A DNA stretch of 63,563 nt, filler included, from Nitrospinota bacterium (GCA_030620925.1; 13 parts of 13 records of this genome joined end to end with filler, not necessarily neighbours in it); one strand, 5' to 3'. Positions 19,026-30,001 are shown, counted from the first letter of the whole stretch. Translations and numbers: made by a program. The notes: a model not told the origin generated them from the letters alone.

Positions 19026-19274
19026 ATGGGGCATTTGATCAACGGGGAGCCGTTCGCCATCGGGCAACTACACGCGGTGAGACAGGTCTGCTGCGACTGC
19101 GCCCTGGTCCATCTGTACGTTCTCGAGCTAACTGAGGATGGTGAAGTTGTCCTCACACCCTACAGGGACGATTTCGAGACCGACCGGGAGAGAAAGAAGC
19201 GGGGCATTGCCGGCATCAGGCACAGGAAGAAGCCCGCCCTCCAGCGCAGCCAGGGGAAACCAGATAAGGATTAA
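19026..19274 (+). CDS. Hypothetical phage-like protein with CCDC..VH metal-binding motif
   Basis: TAAGGAGG RBS; VCCDCALVH. Confidence 0.65.
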   Translation: MGHLINGEPFAIGQLHAVRQVCCDCALVHLYVLELTEDGEVVLTPYRDDFETDRERKKRGIAGIRHRKKPALQRSQGKPDKD

Positions 19275-19446
19275 AGAAGTTGTTATTCTGAGAATAGACC
19301 CCTCCGCTTCCTGCCCGCGTGCGCAGATAAAGGTCTTGTTTAGCCACCAGATACGGAATGGGGCGAGAGGTGATTACGGGAAGCGAAGTGAGCCGTTTCA
19401 GATGATTAATAAAGATTGCAAATTTTACCTGATAGGAGTAAAAAAA

Positions 19447-20243
19447 ATGAAAGAGTTTGAAAAATCTGAAGAAATATTGGATTATCTGCCTTCGAGTTTC
19501 CTGAAAAAGTTAAATAGTCCAGATGAATTGTGGGACTTGGACGAGTATGATCTCATGGTGCGGGTGGTGGCGATAGAGGCGGAGAGGCTGAGCCGAGAAG
19601 GAAAAGAAAGGGTGGCCCACGTTATCATGAACAGGCTCAAGCCCTCTAACGTCGGGGTATTCGGCGGTTTCGACATAAAAAGCGTCATTGAAAAACCAGG
19701 GGCGTTTAAAACCATGGATATAGCCAGGGCATCTGACAGCACGATGGAGAGAATCAAAAACCCCTCATTAAGAAGTAGATACCGCTCCATAAAAAGCAAG
19801 ATTTTAGACCCCCAACAACATATTCCTAAAAGAGCTCTGGCAGAAGCCTTAAAGGTTGCCGGAGAAGTATATTTCGACGGTAAGGTAGACAACACAGGGG
19901 GAGCTACGAATTTATACGCTAATACTGTCAGCGGTGATAAGAAAGCTGGAGGTATTGGTGGTAATATTCTTTCTATTAACAAAGGAGATAGCGGCATCGA
20001 GGAGGATGATCCGCTGGGGCCGGGCTTTGAGGGTGACCCCGAAGGAGATATCGGCGGTGATCCTAAAGATCAAGATTCTGGTAGTGATGCAGATTACGCT
20101 TTCTCTGTACAACAGACTAAAGACGGTGGTTACGTAATTGCCGGTGATACAGATTTTTATGGTTCCGGCTCGTCTGATGTCTATCTGGTAAAAACCGATT
20201 CTTCAGGCAACGAGGAGTGGTCGAAGACTTTCAGTAGAGAGAA
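19447..20243 (+). CDS. Hydrolase_2 (SleB-like) domain fused via an acidic linker to beta-propeller-type repeats, partial
   Basis: MVRVVAIEA..VAHVIMNR..DNTGGAT; then YAFSVQQTKDGGYVIAG..DVYLVKTDSSGNEEWSKTF; AGGAG RBS before ATG 19447. Confidence 0.7.
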
Positions 20244-20343
20244 NNNNNNNNNNNNNNNNNNNNNNNNNNNNNNNNNNNNNNNNNNNNTTAATTAATTAAN
20301 NNNNNNNNNNNNNNNNNNNNNNNNNNNNNNNNNNNNNNNNNNN

Positions 20344-21077
20344 ACGATATATCCATGATCTTTCAGGAACCGATGACCGCCCTCAATCCCGTCTTCACCG
20401 TGGGCAATCAGATAGCCGAGTCCCTCATCCTGCATCAGAATCTTAACAAGAAAGACGCCCTGGAGAAAGCGATAGAACTGCTCAGGACGGTGGAAATTTC
20501 CGACCCCGAACAGCGCGTGTTAGAATACCCGCATCAGTTGAGCGGTGGAATGCGCCAGCGGGCCATGATAGCGATGGCCCTGGCCTGCAACCCGAAGATA
20601 CTTATTGCCGACGAGCCCACCACCGCTCTGGACGTAACCATTCAGGCGCAGATAATGGACCTTATCGCCAAGCTCAGGGAAGAGTTTAATACCGCCGTCA
20701 TCCTTATCACCCACGACCTGGGAGTGGTGGCCGAAGCGGCACAGAACGTAGCCGTTATGTATGCCGGCAAGGTGGTGGAAAAAGGCACCGTGGAAGACAT
20801 TTTCCTGAATCCCCAACACCCATACACGCAAGGCCTGCTTCAATCACTGCCCAAACTTAAAACGGACAGAGATGAAGCCGCTCGAAGGGAAAGATTGAAG
20901 GAGATACCGGGAACGGTGCCCAGTCTTTTCGACCTCCCTGAGGGTTGCAAGTTCGCTCCCCGATGCCCTTACGCCATGGACATCTGCCGCCGGGAGGAAC
21001 CTCAGCTCAAGGAAACGGAAGAAGGTCACAGTGCAAGCTGCTGGTACGTTGAACAGAAACCGGCTGCCGCTGAATAG
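20344..21077 (+). CDS. Oligopeptide/dipeptide/nickel ABC transporter ATPase (OppD/DppD-like), 5'-partial
   Basis: [38 protein letters not shown], Cys-rich C-terminus. Confidence 0.92.
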
Positions 21078-21110
21078 TTTTTCATTAATTGTGGCAGCCG
21101 CGAATAGCGG

Positions 21111-21192
21111 TCCCGCCTGCTGCGGGATGCCGCTCCTGCAATGTTGGTGACTAGAGCGCTAAAACTATTGTAGGAGCGCCTTCCAGGCGCGA
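21111..21192. repeat. REP cluster: CCCGC-N5-GCGGG copy and GTAG-type REP (GTAGGAGCGCCTTCCAGGCGCGA)
   Basis: GTAG REP at 21170-21192 recurs inverted at 25977-25999 and degenerate at 35408-35426. Confidence 0.65.
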
Positions 21193-21253
21193 TACCGCTG
21201 TATTTATAAAAAGTTTGCCAAGAAGATATTTCTAATCAGTCAGGAAAACAAAA

Positions 21254-22246
21254 GTGACCGAACCGATTTTACAAGTTGAGCGGCTCAAGAAATACTTTCC
21301 CGTCAAGGGAGGCGTTTTCTCCAAGACCCTGGATTGGGTGCGCGCCGTGGAAGACGTCAGCTTCAGCATTTCTGAGGGCAAAACGCTGGGCCTTGTCGGC
21401 GAGAGCGGCTGCGGCAAGACCACCGTGGGCAGGAGTATTCTGCGTCTCATCGAGCCCACGTCGGGCCGGATTCTCTACCGCGGCGTCGATCTCTGCGAAT
21501 TGAACAAAAGGGAGATGCGCTCCAAGCGGCGGGAGATGCAGATAATTTTTCAGGACCCCTTCGCCTCGCTGAACCCCAGGATGACCGTGGCCTCAATCGT
21601 CGGCGAACCTCTTCAAATACACAAACAGGCTCAGGGAAAAGAGAAAAGGGAGCGTGTGGCGGAGCTGCTGGATAAGGTGGGTTTACAGCCCGAACACATG
21701 AACCGCTACCCCCATGAGTTCAGCGGTGGGCAGCGCCAGCGCATCGGCATAGCCCGCGCCCTTGCCCTCAACCCCAAACTCATCATCGGCGACGAGCCGG
21801 TCTCTGCCCTGGACGTGTCCATACAGGCCCAGGTGATTAACCTGCTGGAAGACCTGCAGGAAGAATTCCACCTCTCATATCTCATGATAGCCCATAACCT
21901 GAGCGTGGTTCAGCATATGAGCGACCAAGTGGCTGTGATGTACCTGGGCAAGATAGCTGAGCTGACTTCGAACGAGGAACTCTATTCAAACCCTTTACAT
22001 CCGTACACAGTGGCCCTGCTCTCGGCCGTTCCCGTGCCCGACCCGACGGGAAAAAAGGAGCGCATTATCCTGAAAGGCGATGTACCAAGTCCTATTAACC
22101 CTCCGCCGGGTTGCACCTTTCACCCGCGCTGCCCCCGGCGATTCGAGCCCTGTGCGGTGAGAACGCCTTTACTGATTGATGTCGGCGGCGGCCATTACGT
22201 ATCCTGTTTCTTGTGGCATGACAAAGCAGTCGAAGATAACTCTTAA
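21254..22246 (+). CDS. Oligopeptide/dipeptide ABC transporter ATPase (OppF/DppF-like)
   Basis: [41 protein letters not shown]. Confidence 0.93.
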   Translation: MTEPILQVERLKKYFPVKGGVFSKTLDWVRAVEDVSFSISEGKTLGLVGESGCGKTTVGRSILRLIEPTSGRILYRGVDLCELNKREMRSKRREMQIIFQDPFASLNPRMTVASIVGEPLQIHKQAQGKEKRERVAELLDKVGLQPEHMNRYPHEFSGGQRQRIGIARALALNPKLIIGDEPVSALDVSIQAQVINLLEDLQEEFHLSYLMIAHNLSVVQHMSDQVAVMYLGKIAELTSNEELYSNPLHPYTVALLSAVPVPDPTGKKERIILKGDVPSPINPPPGCTFHPRCPRRFEPCAVRTPLLIDVGGGHYVSCFLWHDKAVEDNS

Positions 22247-23437
22247 GTACGGTAAGACCTCGCTGGATATGCAGCAGCCTGCGGGCAAGTGCCTTGGTGT
22301 GCTGAAACCCAAACGGATGTCCGCCCTGAAAGATATCGAGGCCGAGGTAACGAAAGCATTGGAAAATCCCATCGGCTCGCCGCCGTTGAGTGAAATCGTC
22401 GGGGCCGGAGACAGGGTCACCATCATAGCCTCGGATATTACCCGCTACAGCGCCACGGAAGTTTTCCTGCCCCACCAGCTCAACGCCCTCAACCGGTCCG
22501 GGGTATGGGATTCAGATATAACCGTCCTTTTCGCGCTTGGCATACACCGGGCTCAGACCGACGAGGAGCATATTAGTCTGTTGGGGTGGGATGTTGCCCG
22601 CCGCGTGCGTCTCGTGGATCATGACCCCCATGATAAAGACAACCTGGTACATTACGGAGAAACCTTAAGCAATACACCCGTCTATATAAACCGGTTGGCC
22701 GCCGAGTGCGATAAACTCATATTGACAGGCACCATCACCCTGCACTATTTCGCCGGTTTCGGCGGAGGAAGGAAGGCACTCATCCCCGGAGTCGCCGGTT
22801 ACGAGACCTGCATGGCAAACCATCTGCTGGTTCTTAAACCCGATAAAGGCGGCAAACACCCCATGGTCAAGACCGCTCAACTGGAAGGCAACCCGCTCCA
22901 TGAAGACCTTGTCGAGGGCTGCCTCATGGTGAACCCTCATTTCGGCCTCTATACCCTGCTCAACGATGACAGGGAAATAGCCCGTATAACGGCAGGAGAC
23001 GTGTTCGATGCGCATGTTAAAGGATGTGATGAACTAATGCATCGTAACAGTGTGGACATAAAGAAGAAAGCCGACCTGGTCATAACGAGCTGCGGGGGGT
23101 TCCCAAAGGACCTGAACGTCATACAGACACACAAGACGATGGAATATTCCTACAATGCCCTTAAAGAGGGCGGTGTAATGATCCTCGTCGGGGAGTGCAC
23201 CGACGGTTTCGGCAACTCAACCATGCACTCCTGGTTCCAGCACAAACAGTTGCGTAATTTCGAGAAGGCTCTAAGGGATAATTACGAGATAAACGGGCAG
23301 ACGGCCTACTCCATCTTTTTAAAATCGAAAAAGGCCAGGATCATCATGGTAAGCGGGCTTCCCGAGCAGGAGGTGAAAGATATGTCCATCACCCCTGCCT
23401 CATCGCTGGATGACGCCCTCGCAAAAGCCGAAAAAAT
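22218..23437 (+). CDS. larA: LarA-family nickel-pincer (NPN) dependent racemase/epimerase, partial
   Basis: [41 protein letters not shown]; overlaps the ABC ATPase end. Confidence 0.85.
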
Positions 23438-23537
23438 NNNNNNNNNNNNNNNNNNNNNNNNNNNNNNNNNNNNNNNNNNNNTTAATTAATTAANNNNNNN
23501 NNNNNNNNNNNNNNNNNNNNNNNNNNNNNNNNNNNNN

Positions 23538-24472
23538 GAGCAGTCTCCTATTGCCCAAACCCCCGGATATTCAGGAACCTCCAGATAATCGTTCACCACA
23601 ATTTTGCCTCTCTCTTTTCCGCAGGGGAGACCAGCCAGCAGCGGATTTGAGGAAACACCGGCGGTCCAGACAAGGGTGCGGGTGGAGATACGGTTTCCAT
23701 CCTGCAGTTCCACGTCACCGGCTGACGCAGAGGTGATGACCGTCTCCAGCCTCACTTCGATGCCGCGACTAGTCAGGCATTTATGGGCGTATGCGGCAAG
23801 TTTCTGAGGGATACTGGGCATAATTTGCTTTCCGGTGTCCACCAGCACCATCCTGACCTCATCGGATCGTATGTGGGGGTAAAAGCGTTTGGCCCTGTGC
23901 AGGAAATCGTACAGCTCGGCCGCCGCCTCCACGCCGGCGAGTCCCGCTCCGGCCACCACTACGGTGAGCATCTGCCTCCGCATATCCGGATCGGGTTCCA
24001 TGTCGGCGTGCTCAAGCGAGTCGATAACGTGATTGCGCAGGGCCATGGCATCAGGCAAGGATTTCAAAGGCAGAGCGTGGTCCTCGATTCCCGGCAGGCG
24101 ATAGAAGCTTGTCACCGAACCGAGGGCCAGGATGAGATGATCGAATCCGAGAGTATAGCCGGGGCATCGAGGACAATGGCGGGCGCGAATTTCACGCTTG
24201 TGAAGGTCTATGGACTCCACCTCGCTGTCCCGGAATCGAACTTTTTGAAAAAAGGCCCGGATGGGTGTGATGATATGTTTCGCCTCGATACTGCTGGAGG
24301 AGACCTCAGGCAGCATGGGGGTGAACAGGAGATAGTTGTCCCGGTTGATGAGAGTGATCTCTATGTCCTTGTTTCCGGCAAGGGTTTTTTCCAGGCGGAG
24401 GGCCGCGTGGATTCCACCGAACCCCCCGCCGAGTATAAGAATGCGTTGGTTTTTGCCATCTATTTCCTTCAT
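23538..24472 (-). CDS. ndh: Type II NADH:quinone oxidoreductase, 3'-partial
   Basis: ILGGGFGG, FTPMLPEV, VAGAGLAGVE, VWTAGV, WAIGDC. Confidence 0.88.
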
Positions 24473-24737
24473 GATGGATTAAGCTCCTTCACTATTTTCT
24501 TAACTGAAAAACGGCACGCATGAATCGCTCTGTGCAGATGTCTTTTTCTTCAATATAGTCTAAATATAAACAGATTGAATGTAATTGCCCATACTAATCG
24601 AGCACGGGAATGAACATTTCGCCTTTCCTGCGTTGATTTATATCATTGTTGAAGGGAGGGGGGCGGTTTATATTATACTAAAATGGTAATGTTTTAATTC
24701 AGGCGGTCGTTTTTTGCGTTGATGTGAGGTAGAAGAG

Positions 24738-25817
24738 ATGTTTAAACGTAGAGAAGTGGATAGCGCGAACGTTTTACAGGCACTGGGAAAGGTCATAGAC
24801 CCTGACCTGAAGCGGGATATCGTTTCCCTCAACATGGTGAAGGACGTTGAGGTTAATAAGTCGAAGGTGAGCTTCACCATCGAGCTTACCACTCCGGCCT
24901 GCCCCATGAAAGAAAAGATCAGGGAAGAAGCGGAGAGCGCGGTGAAGGAGCTTCCCGGCGTGGAGGCGGTGGAGATAAACATGACCTCCAATGTCAAGCA
25001 GGGTCGGCTCTTTTCTGATAAGAAGACCATTGAGGGTGTGAAGCATATAATAGCCGTGGCCAGCGGTAAGGGCGGGGTGGGGAAATCCACGGTGGCGGTA
25101 AACCTCGCCCTGGCGTTGGAGGAGACGGGAGCATCGGTGGGCCTCATGGACTCGGATATCTACGGTCCCAGCGTTCCCACCATGATGGGTGTTAATTATA
25201 AGCCCGGCGTGAATGAAGACAAAAGGATAATGCCCCTGTCCAGTAACGGCGTGAAGCTGATGTCCATAGGTTTCCTCCTGGGAGATGACGGAGGACCCAT
25301 CATCTGGCGGGGGCCGTTAATTTCACAGGTGATAAGGCAGTTCCTGCACGACGTGGATTGGGGCCGGCTGGATTACCTGGTCATAGACCTGCCGCCGGGG
25401 ACGGGCGACGCACAGCTAACGCTCTGCCAGGCCGTACCCCTCACCGGAGCGGTGATAGTGACCACCCCGCAGGACGTTGCACTTCTGGATGCCCGCAAGG
25501 GGCTGCAGATGTTCCAGCAGGTCAAAGTGCCTGTGCTGGGCATCATAGAAAACATGAGCTATTTCGTCTGCGGCCACTGCAGCCAGCGGACGGACATCTT
25601 CAGCGCGGGCGGCGGCAGGCGAACCGCAGAGGAGATGGAAATACCTTTCCTGGGAGAGATACCCATAGACCCTGTCATCTGCGTGGGCGGTGACGACGGG
25701 AAGCCTATAGTGAAGGCTCATCCGGAATCCCCGCAGACGAAACGGTTCAAGGGGATCGCGGGGGATATGGCCGCTCGCTTGAGTATTCTGGCCCTGGCCG
25801 GAGCCGATGCGGTGTAG
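24738..25817 (+). CDS. mrp: Mrp/ApbC Fe-S cluster carrier ATPase
   Basis: LTTPACP, SGKGGVGKSTV, DIYGPS, WRGP, DLPPGTGD, ENMS..CxxC. Confidence 0.95.
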   Translation: MFKRREVDSANVLQALGKVIDPDLKRDIVSLNMVKDVEVNKSKVSFTIELTTPACPMKEKIREEAESAVKELPGVEAVEINMTSNVKQGRLFSDKKTIEGVKHIIAVASGKGGVGKSTVAVNLALALEETGASVGLMDSDIYGPSVPTMMGVNYKPGVNEDKRIMPLSSNGVKLMSIGFLLGDDGGPIIWRGPLISQVIRQFLHDVDWGRLDYLVIDLPPGTGDAQLTLCQAVPLTGAVIVTTPQDVALLDARKGLQMFQQVKVPVLGIIENMSYFVCGHCSQRTDIFSAGGGRRTAEEMEIPFLGEIPIDPVICVGGDDGKPIVKAHPESPQTKRFKGIAGDMAARLSILALAGADAV

Positions 25818-26152
25818 GGGCAAGGCTTGCCTTGACGTGAATGGAATTAATTTCTTGAGTAAACCCTTCTTGCGAAGGGTTTACTCTTAACCGCACGAGG
25901 GAACCCTTTTGTAAAACGGTTCCCTCGTGCACCCTCTCAAAACTTTTTGGTCTGGCTGCTTTGGACACCGTTCTTTTCGCGCCTGGAAGGCGCTCCCACG
26001 GGAGCATGATTCAATTAGATTTTCCCTCCCTTGAAGGGAGGGATTAAGGGAGGGTGATCAAGGGCGAGCGGCCGCTCGCCCTCACATTGATAAACATCCC
26101 CACCTTTATTCCTCCCCATGCCTGCCCCGCGGAAGGCGGGATTCAGAATGAC
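25812..26152. repeat. Intergenic mosaic of several REP-like palindromes
   Basis: GTAGGGGCAAGGCTTGCCTTG; GAGTAAACCCTTC..GAAGGGTTTACTC; GAGGGAACC..GGTTCCCTC; inverted GTAG REP; CCCTCCCTTGAAGGGAGGG; AGGGCGAGCGGCCGCTCGCCCT; CCCCGCGGAAGGCGGGATTCAGAATGAC. Confidence 0.65.
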
Positions 26153-26324
26153 AGGATGATGTGTAGAGGCATTCCTCGTGTGGTGGGGCTGTGCCTCCAG
26201 CAAATGATCATCGCGTATGTAGAGACAATTCATGAATTGTCTCTACTTGAGAAAGAAGTTTTTTATATTTCCTGATCACGCTTGAAAAGCGCACTTACGA
26301 TAGAGGATAAGGGCGGTCGACCTA

Positions 26325-26894
26325 TTAACTCGCGGCGTTATCTTTGTAGAACGCGGCGCCTTTTTCGATGGCCTCGCGGTTAAGGGGGAGCAGGTTGTGC
26401 CGTCTTTCGGGGAGTATCATTTTTAGCGAGTCCATCACCGAATCCGTGGTGACCACCCCGGTGGCGGCGGCGAAGGCGCCCAGTAAAACTATATTAACCA
26501 CCTGTTCGCTGCCCACCTCGGTGGCGAGGCTGTTGGCGGGGATATAGACCGCGTTGATGTCCTCTCTTTCGGCGTTCCTGTTGACCATGGAGCTGTTGAT
26601 GAGCAGTATGCCGCCGCTGGCTATCAGGGGCTCGTATCTGGTCAGTGAGGGTAGATTGAATACCACGGCGTTGGAGGGCCGCTCGATGTAGGGGTAGTGT
26701 ATCTTCTCGTCGGATATAATGACCGTGGAGTGCGCCGTCCCGCCTCGCACTTCGCTCCCGTAAACGGGCAGGTAGGTTACGTTTTTCCCCTCAAGCATGC
26801 CCGCCTGGGCCAGCAACTGCCCGCAGACGAGGACGCCCTGGCCCCCGAAACCCGAAAAGATGACGTCTAGTTTCAAGTGGCCTGTTCCTCCCAT
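26325..26894 (-). CDS. 2-oxoacid:ferredoxin oxidoreductase gamma subunit
   Basis: GFGGQGV, YGSEVRGG, NIVLLGA, N..AIEKG. Confidence 0.92.
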   Translation of the reverse strand: MGGTGHLKLDVIFSGFGGQGVLVCGQLLAQAGMLEGKNVTYLPVYGSEVRGGTAHSTVIISDEKIHYPYIERPSNAVVFNLPSLTRYEPLIASGGILLINSSMVNRNAEREDINAVYIPANSLATEVGSEQVVNIVLLGAFAAATGVVTTDSVMDSLKMILPERRHNLLPLNREAIEKGAAFYKDNAAS

Positions 26895-27652
26895 TTATCT
26901 TTGAGCAGCCCCAGCGGGAACACCTCCATCAGGTTTTCTACCAGCCAGGCTCTGGAATCGGTTGGGCTCATCCTCCAGCCCGTTGGACAGGGCGACAGAA
27001 TCTCCACCATGCTGAAGCCCCTGTTCTCCATCTGATACTGGAAAGCCTTTTTCACCGCTTTCTGAGCCTTGCGGATATTCTTTGGGTTATCCACCGATAC
27101 GCGCTCCACGTAAGCCGCCTCGTCAACGGTGGCCAGTATCTCGGACATCCTGAGGGGAGACCCCGCCCTTTCCTTTACCCGGCCCAGGGGCGTGGTGGTC
27201 GTCACCTGGTCGATGAGGGTGGTGGGGGCCATCTGCCCGCCGGTCATGCCGTATATGGCGTTATTGATGAGAAAACAGGTTATGTTCTCCCCCCTGGCCG
27301 CGGCGTGGATTATCTCCGCGGTGCCTATGGCCGCCATGTCGCCGTCTCCCTGATAGCAGAAAACGATTTTTTCGGGGAGGGCCCTCTTGAACCCGGTGGC
27401 CACGGCCGGGGCCCTGCCGTGAGGACCCAGGATCATATCCACGTCGAAATATCGGGGCATTATGGCCGAGCAGCCCACCGGTGCGCAGCCGATAGCTATT
27501 TCTTGCAGGTCCAGCTCGTCGATGGCCTGGGCCACCAGTTTATGCGCCGTTCCGTGCCCGCAGCCCGGGCAGTAATGCGTGGCAAGCGGTTCCAGCGATT
27601 GTGGCCTCTGCACTACGGCCCTGCGTCCGTCGTTCATGAAGGATGTCTCCAA
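26873..27652 (-). CDS. 2-oxoacid:ferredoxin oxidoreductase beta (TPP) subunit
   Basis: HYCPGCGHG, PVGCS, HGRAPA, QGDGD, NNAIYGMTGGQMAPTT, LSPCPT; start approximate. Confidence 0.92.
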   Translation of the reverse strand: METSFMNDGRRAVVQRPQSLEPLATHYCPGCGHGTAHKLVAQAIDELDLQEIAIGCAPVGCSAIMPRYFDVDMILGPHGRAPAVATGFKRALPEKIVFCYQGDGDMAAIGTAEIIHAAARGENITCFLINNAIYGMTGGQMAPTTLIDQVTTTTPLGRVKERAGSPLRMSEILATVDEAAYVERVSVDNPKNIRKAQKAVKKAFQYQMENRGFSMVEILSPCPTGWRMSPTDSRAWLVENLMEVFPLGLLKDKWEEQAT

Positions 27653-27679
27653 AAGTTTTTCGGATGAATCGCTCTTTGA

Positions 27680-28756
27680 TTATCCCTTTTCGCACAGCGA
27701 TCTGATAGCCGAGTAGATTTCTTCAAGAGAGATCAACCCCTCGGCCTTGCCCAGAAAGCTCACCTCTGCCTTATCGCCCACGGCAAATTGCACGTCCTCT
27801 ACCATCTGGCCCATGTTCCCCTCAACCACCAGAAACTTTTTCACCCTTTCGGAGGTCTTCCTGATGATCTCGGTGGGGAAAGGGAAAAGCGTTATGGGCC
27901 TTATCATACCCGCCCTGTATCCCTCCTGGTTGAGCTGGATGAGAGACTGTTTGACTCCACCCGCCGTGATACCGAAGGCCACCACTACCACGTCTGCTTC
28001 TTCTATTTCTATGGCCTCGTAGCGCGTTTCATTGAGGGCCACCGTCCTGTATTTATCTGCCAGGTGCCGGTTTAGCTCGTTAAGGTCGTTGAAGCTGCCG
28101 AAACCGGGAGCGGCGCCCCCCACTATCAGTTTTTTCTTCTTTCCCGCCTTGCCCCTCATGACCCAGTCCTTGGCCGGAAGCTCCTCCGAGGGGACGGCGT
28201 GCACTCTCTTGATTTCTATGGGTTTGGCCATGTTACCCAGCGTCGCTTCGGTCAACACCACCGCCACCATCCGGTATTTATCGGCAAGGTCGAAGGCCAT
28301 CTGGGTGTGGTCGAAGAATTCCTGGACGTCCATGGGGGCGAGGACTATGTTTCGGTAGCCGCCGTGTGCTCCGCCCTTGGTCACAGAAAAGTAATCCAAC
28401 TGTGTGGATTCCAGTGAGCCTCCTCCCGGACCCCCTCTTGAGACCAGCACCAGCACGCAGGGCAGCTCCGCGGCGGCGAAGTGTGAGAGGCCTTCCAGCA
28501 TGAGCGAGTAGCCGGGGCCGGAGGTGGAAGTCATGGTGCGCATGCCCGCGGCGGCGGAGCCGAACATCATGTTGATGGAGGATGTCTCGCTCTCCGCCTG
28601 TATAAAGGTCCCCCCCGCCTCAGGCAGGTGAAGGGACATATACTCGGGTATCTCGTTCTGAGGAGTTATGGGATAGCCGTAGTAGTGGGTGCAGCCGGCC
28701 ATGATGGCCGCTTTGCCCGCGGCTTCGTTCCCTTTGATCAGCACTATTTCGGCCAT
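27680..28756 (-). CDS. 2-oxoacid:ferredoxin oxidoreductase alpha subunit (VorB type)
   Basis: YYGYPITPQNE, QAESE, SRGGPG, TKGGAHGGY, RPITLFPFP. Confidence 0.92.
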   Translation of the reverse strand: MAEIVLIKGNEAAGKAAIMAGCTHYYGYPITPQNEIPEYMSLHLPEAGGTFIQAESETSSINMMFGSAAAGMRTMTSTSGPGYSLMLEGLSHFAAAELPCVLVLVSRGGPGGGSLESTQLDYFSVTKGGAHGGYRNIVLAPMDVQEFFDHTQMAFDLADKYRMVAVVLTEATLGNMAKPIEIKRVHAVPSEELPAKDWVMRGKAGKKKKLIVGGAAPGFGSFNDLNELNRHLADKYRTVALNETRYEAIEIEEADVVVVAFGITAGGVKQSLIQLNQEGYRAGMIRPITLFPFPTEIIRKTSERVKKFLVVEGNMGQMVEDVQFAVGDKAEVSFLGKAEGLISLEEIYSAIRSLCEKG

Positions 28757-29011
28757 GAATTTCCCTTCCCTTTTTCTCCCTTTGAACTGGATACGCTATC
28801 CTAGGATGGCGGCTGGATTATAGCAAGGAAAATTTTCCAGGGCAACCTGAGATTGAAATCCATGGATGGCTGTGGCGGCTCTCTGCATCAAAGGTTTAGT
28901 AGGAGCGTTCTTATACCACCTCTGCGGGCGGTGAGGGGGGCGAACTACCTCTCGTCCGGAGTGCGGACGTCCTCACAGGTTCCGACCGTTATGGTTTTTG
29001 CCGGAGCCCCA

Positions 29012-29257
29012 CTACTCTTTATGTATTCGAGGAACCTTGTGCGGAGGCCCGAAAGCGAGAAGCTCTTCAGCCTTGACAAAGTTCACTTCCGTTTTAACCC
29101 CCAGGCTCTCTTCCATTTTCGAAGTGATAGCGCCGCCCATGTCTTTGAGCCTGGGCTCGGTTTCCGGGTAGTAGCCGATGCGCAGCCTGAGGTCTTCCAT
29201 TTCCTCCGAGTACTTGATTATCTGAAAGAGGCCGTGGTCTGCTCCTTTGATATCCTC
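29012..29257 (-). CDS. C-terminus of phenylacetate-CoA ligase-like acyl-CoA synthetase (5'-truncated)
   Basis: Open frame from the gap: EDIKGADHGLFQIIKYSEEMEDLRLRIGY...GPPHKVPRI resembles the PaaK C-terminal domain. Confidence 0.5.
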   Translation of the reverse strand, partial: EDIKGADHGLFQIIKYSEEMEDLRLRIGYYPETEPRLKDMGGAITSKMEESLGVKTEVNFVKAEELLAFGPPHKVPRIHKE

Positions 29258-29357
29258 NNNNNNNNNNNNNNNNNNNNNNNNNNNNNNNNNNNNNNNNNNN
29301 NTTAATTAATTAANNNNNNNNNNNNNNNNNNNNNNNNNNNNNNNNNNNNNNNNNNNN

Positions 29358-30001
29358 ATCGTTATCTCCACATCTTCAGAAACCTCTTCTTCGACGGGTA
29401 GTTCGGTATCTTCCTCCAGCTCAGCCTCCTCCACAGTTTCTTCCAGTTCCAGCTTTATTTCAAAGTCTTCGTCAGTGTCTTCTTCGGCCGTCTGTTCGGT
29501 ATCGGCCTGCAGCTCTGCCTCCTCAGGGGCCTCTTCCGTCTGGTCGGCAAGTTCTAATTCTTCTTCTGCCTCACTTTCCGCTTCGGGGGCGGCGACCTGT
29601 TGTTCTTCCTGAATCGTTCCTTTTTCCGCCGACGGTCTTCCGGAGGTGGCCTGGTCTATCATATCCACCAATTCCCTGGCTTCGAAAGGTTTTTCCAGAT
29701 ATAGCGATATACCCCACCCGCGCAATTCCTGGGCGGTGACGCCCTTACCACTGATTAGCACTATAAAAGGCAGCTTCTGCAACTTGGGGTGTTCTTGCAG
29801 TTTTTGACGAAACTGAAGGACGTCCATATCACCCAGCGACTCGCTGTATAAGATAACATCGGGCAGGTAGACCTCGGCCATTTTAAGCGCTTCTTCGCCC
29901 TCTGAAGTACAGAAGAGTTCCGCATTTTCACCCTCTAAAGTAAGCTCGACTACTTTCCGTGTGGTGGGATTGGGGTCGGCTACAAGAATTTTCAAGACCA
30001 T
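29358..30001 (-). CDS. Atypical receiver-domain protein with long acidic linker (RomR-like architecture), partial
   Basis: KILVADPNPTTRKVV, PDVILYS, LEKPF receiver fold; E/D-rich tail. Confidence 0.7.

Noticed and set aside
24633-24646. FNR-like box TTGAT-N4-ATCAT between ndh and mrp
   Set aside because: Single imperfect match in AT-rich DNA with no second instance to support it.
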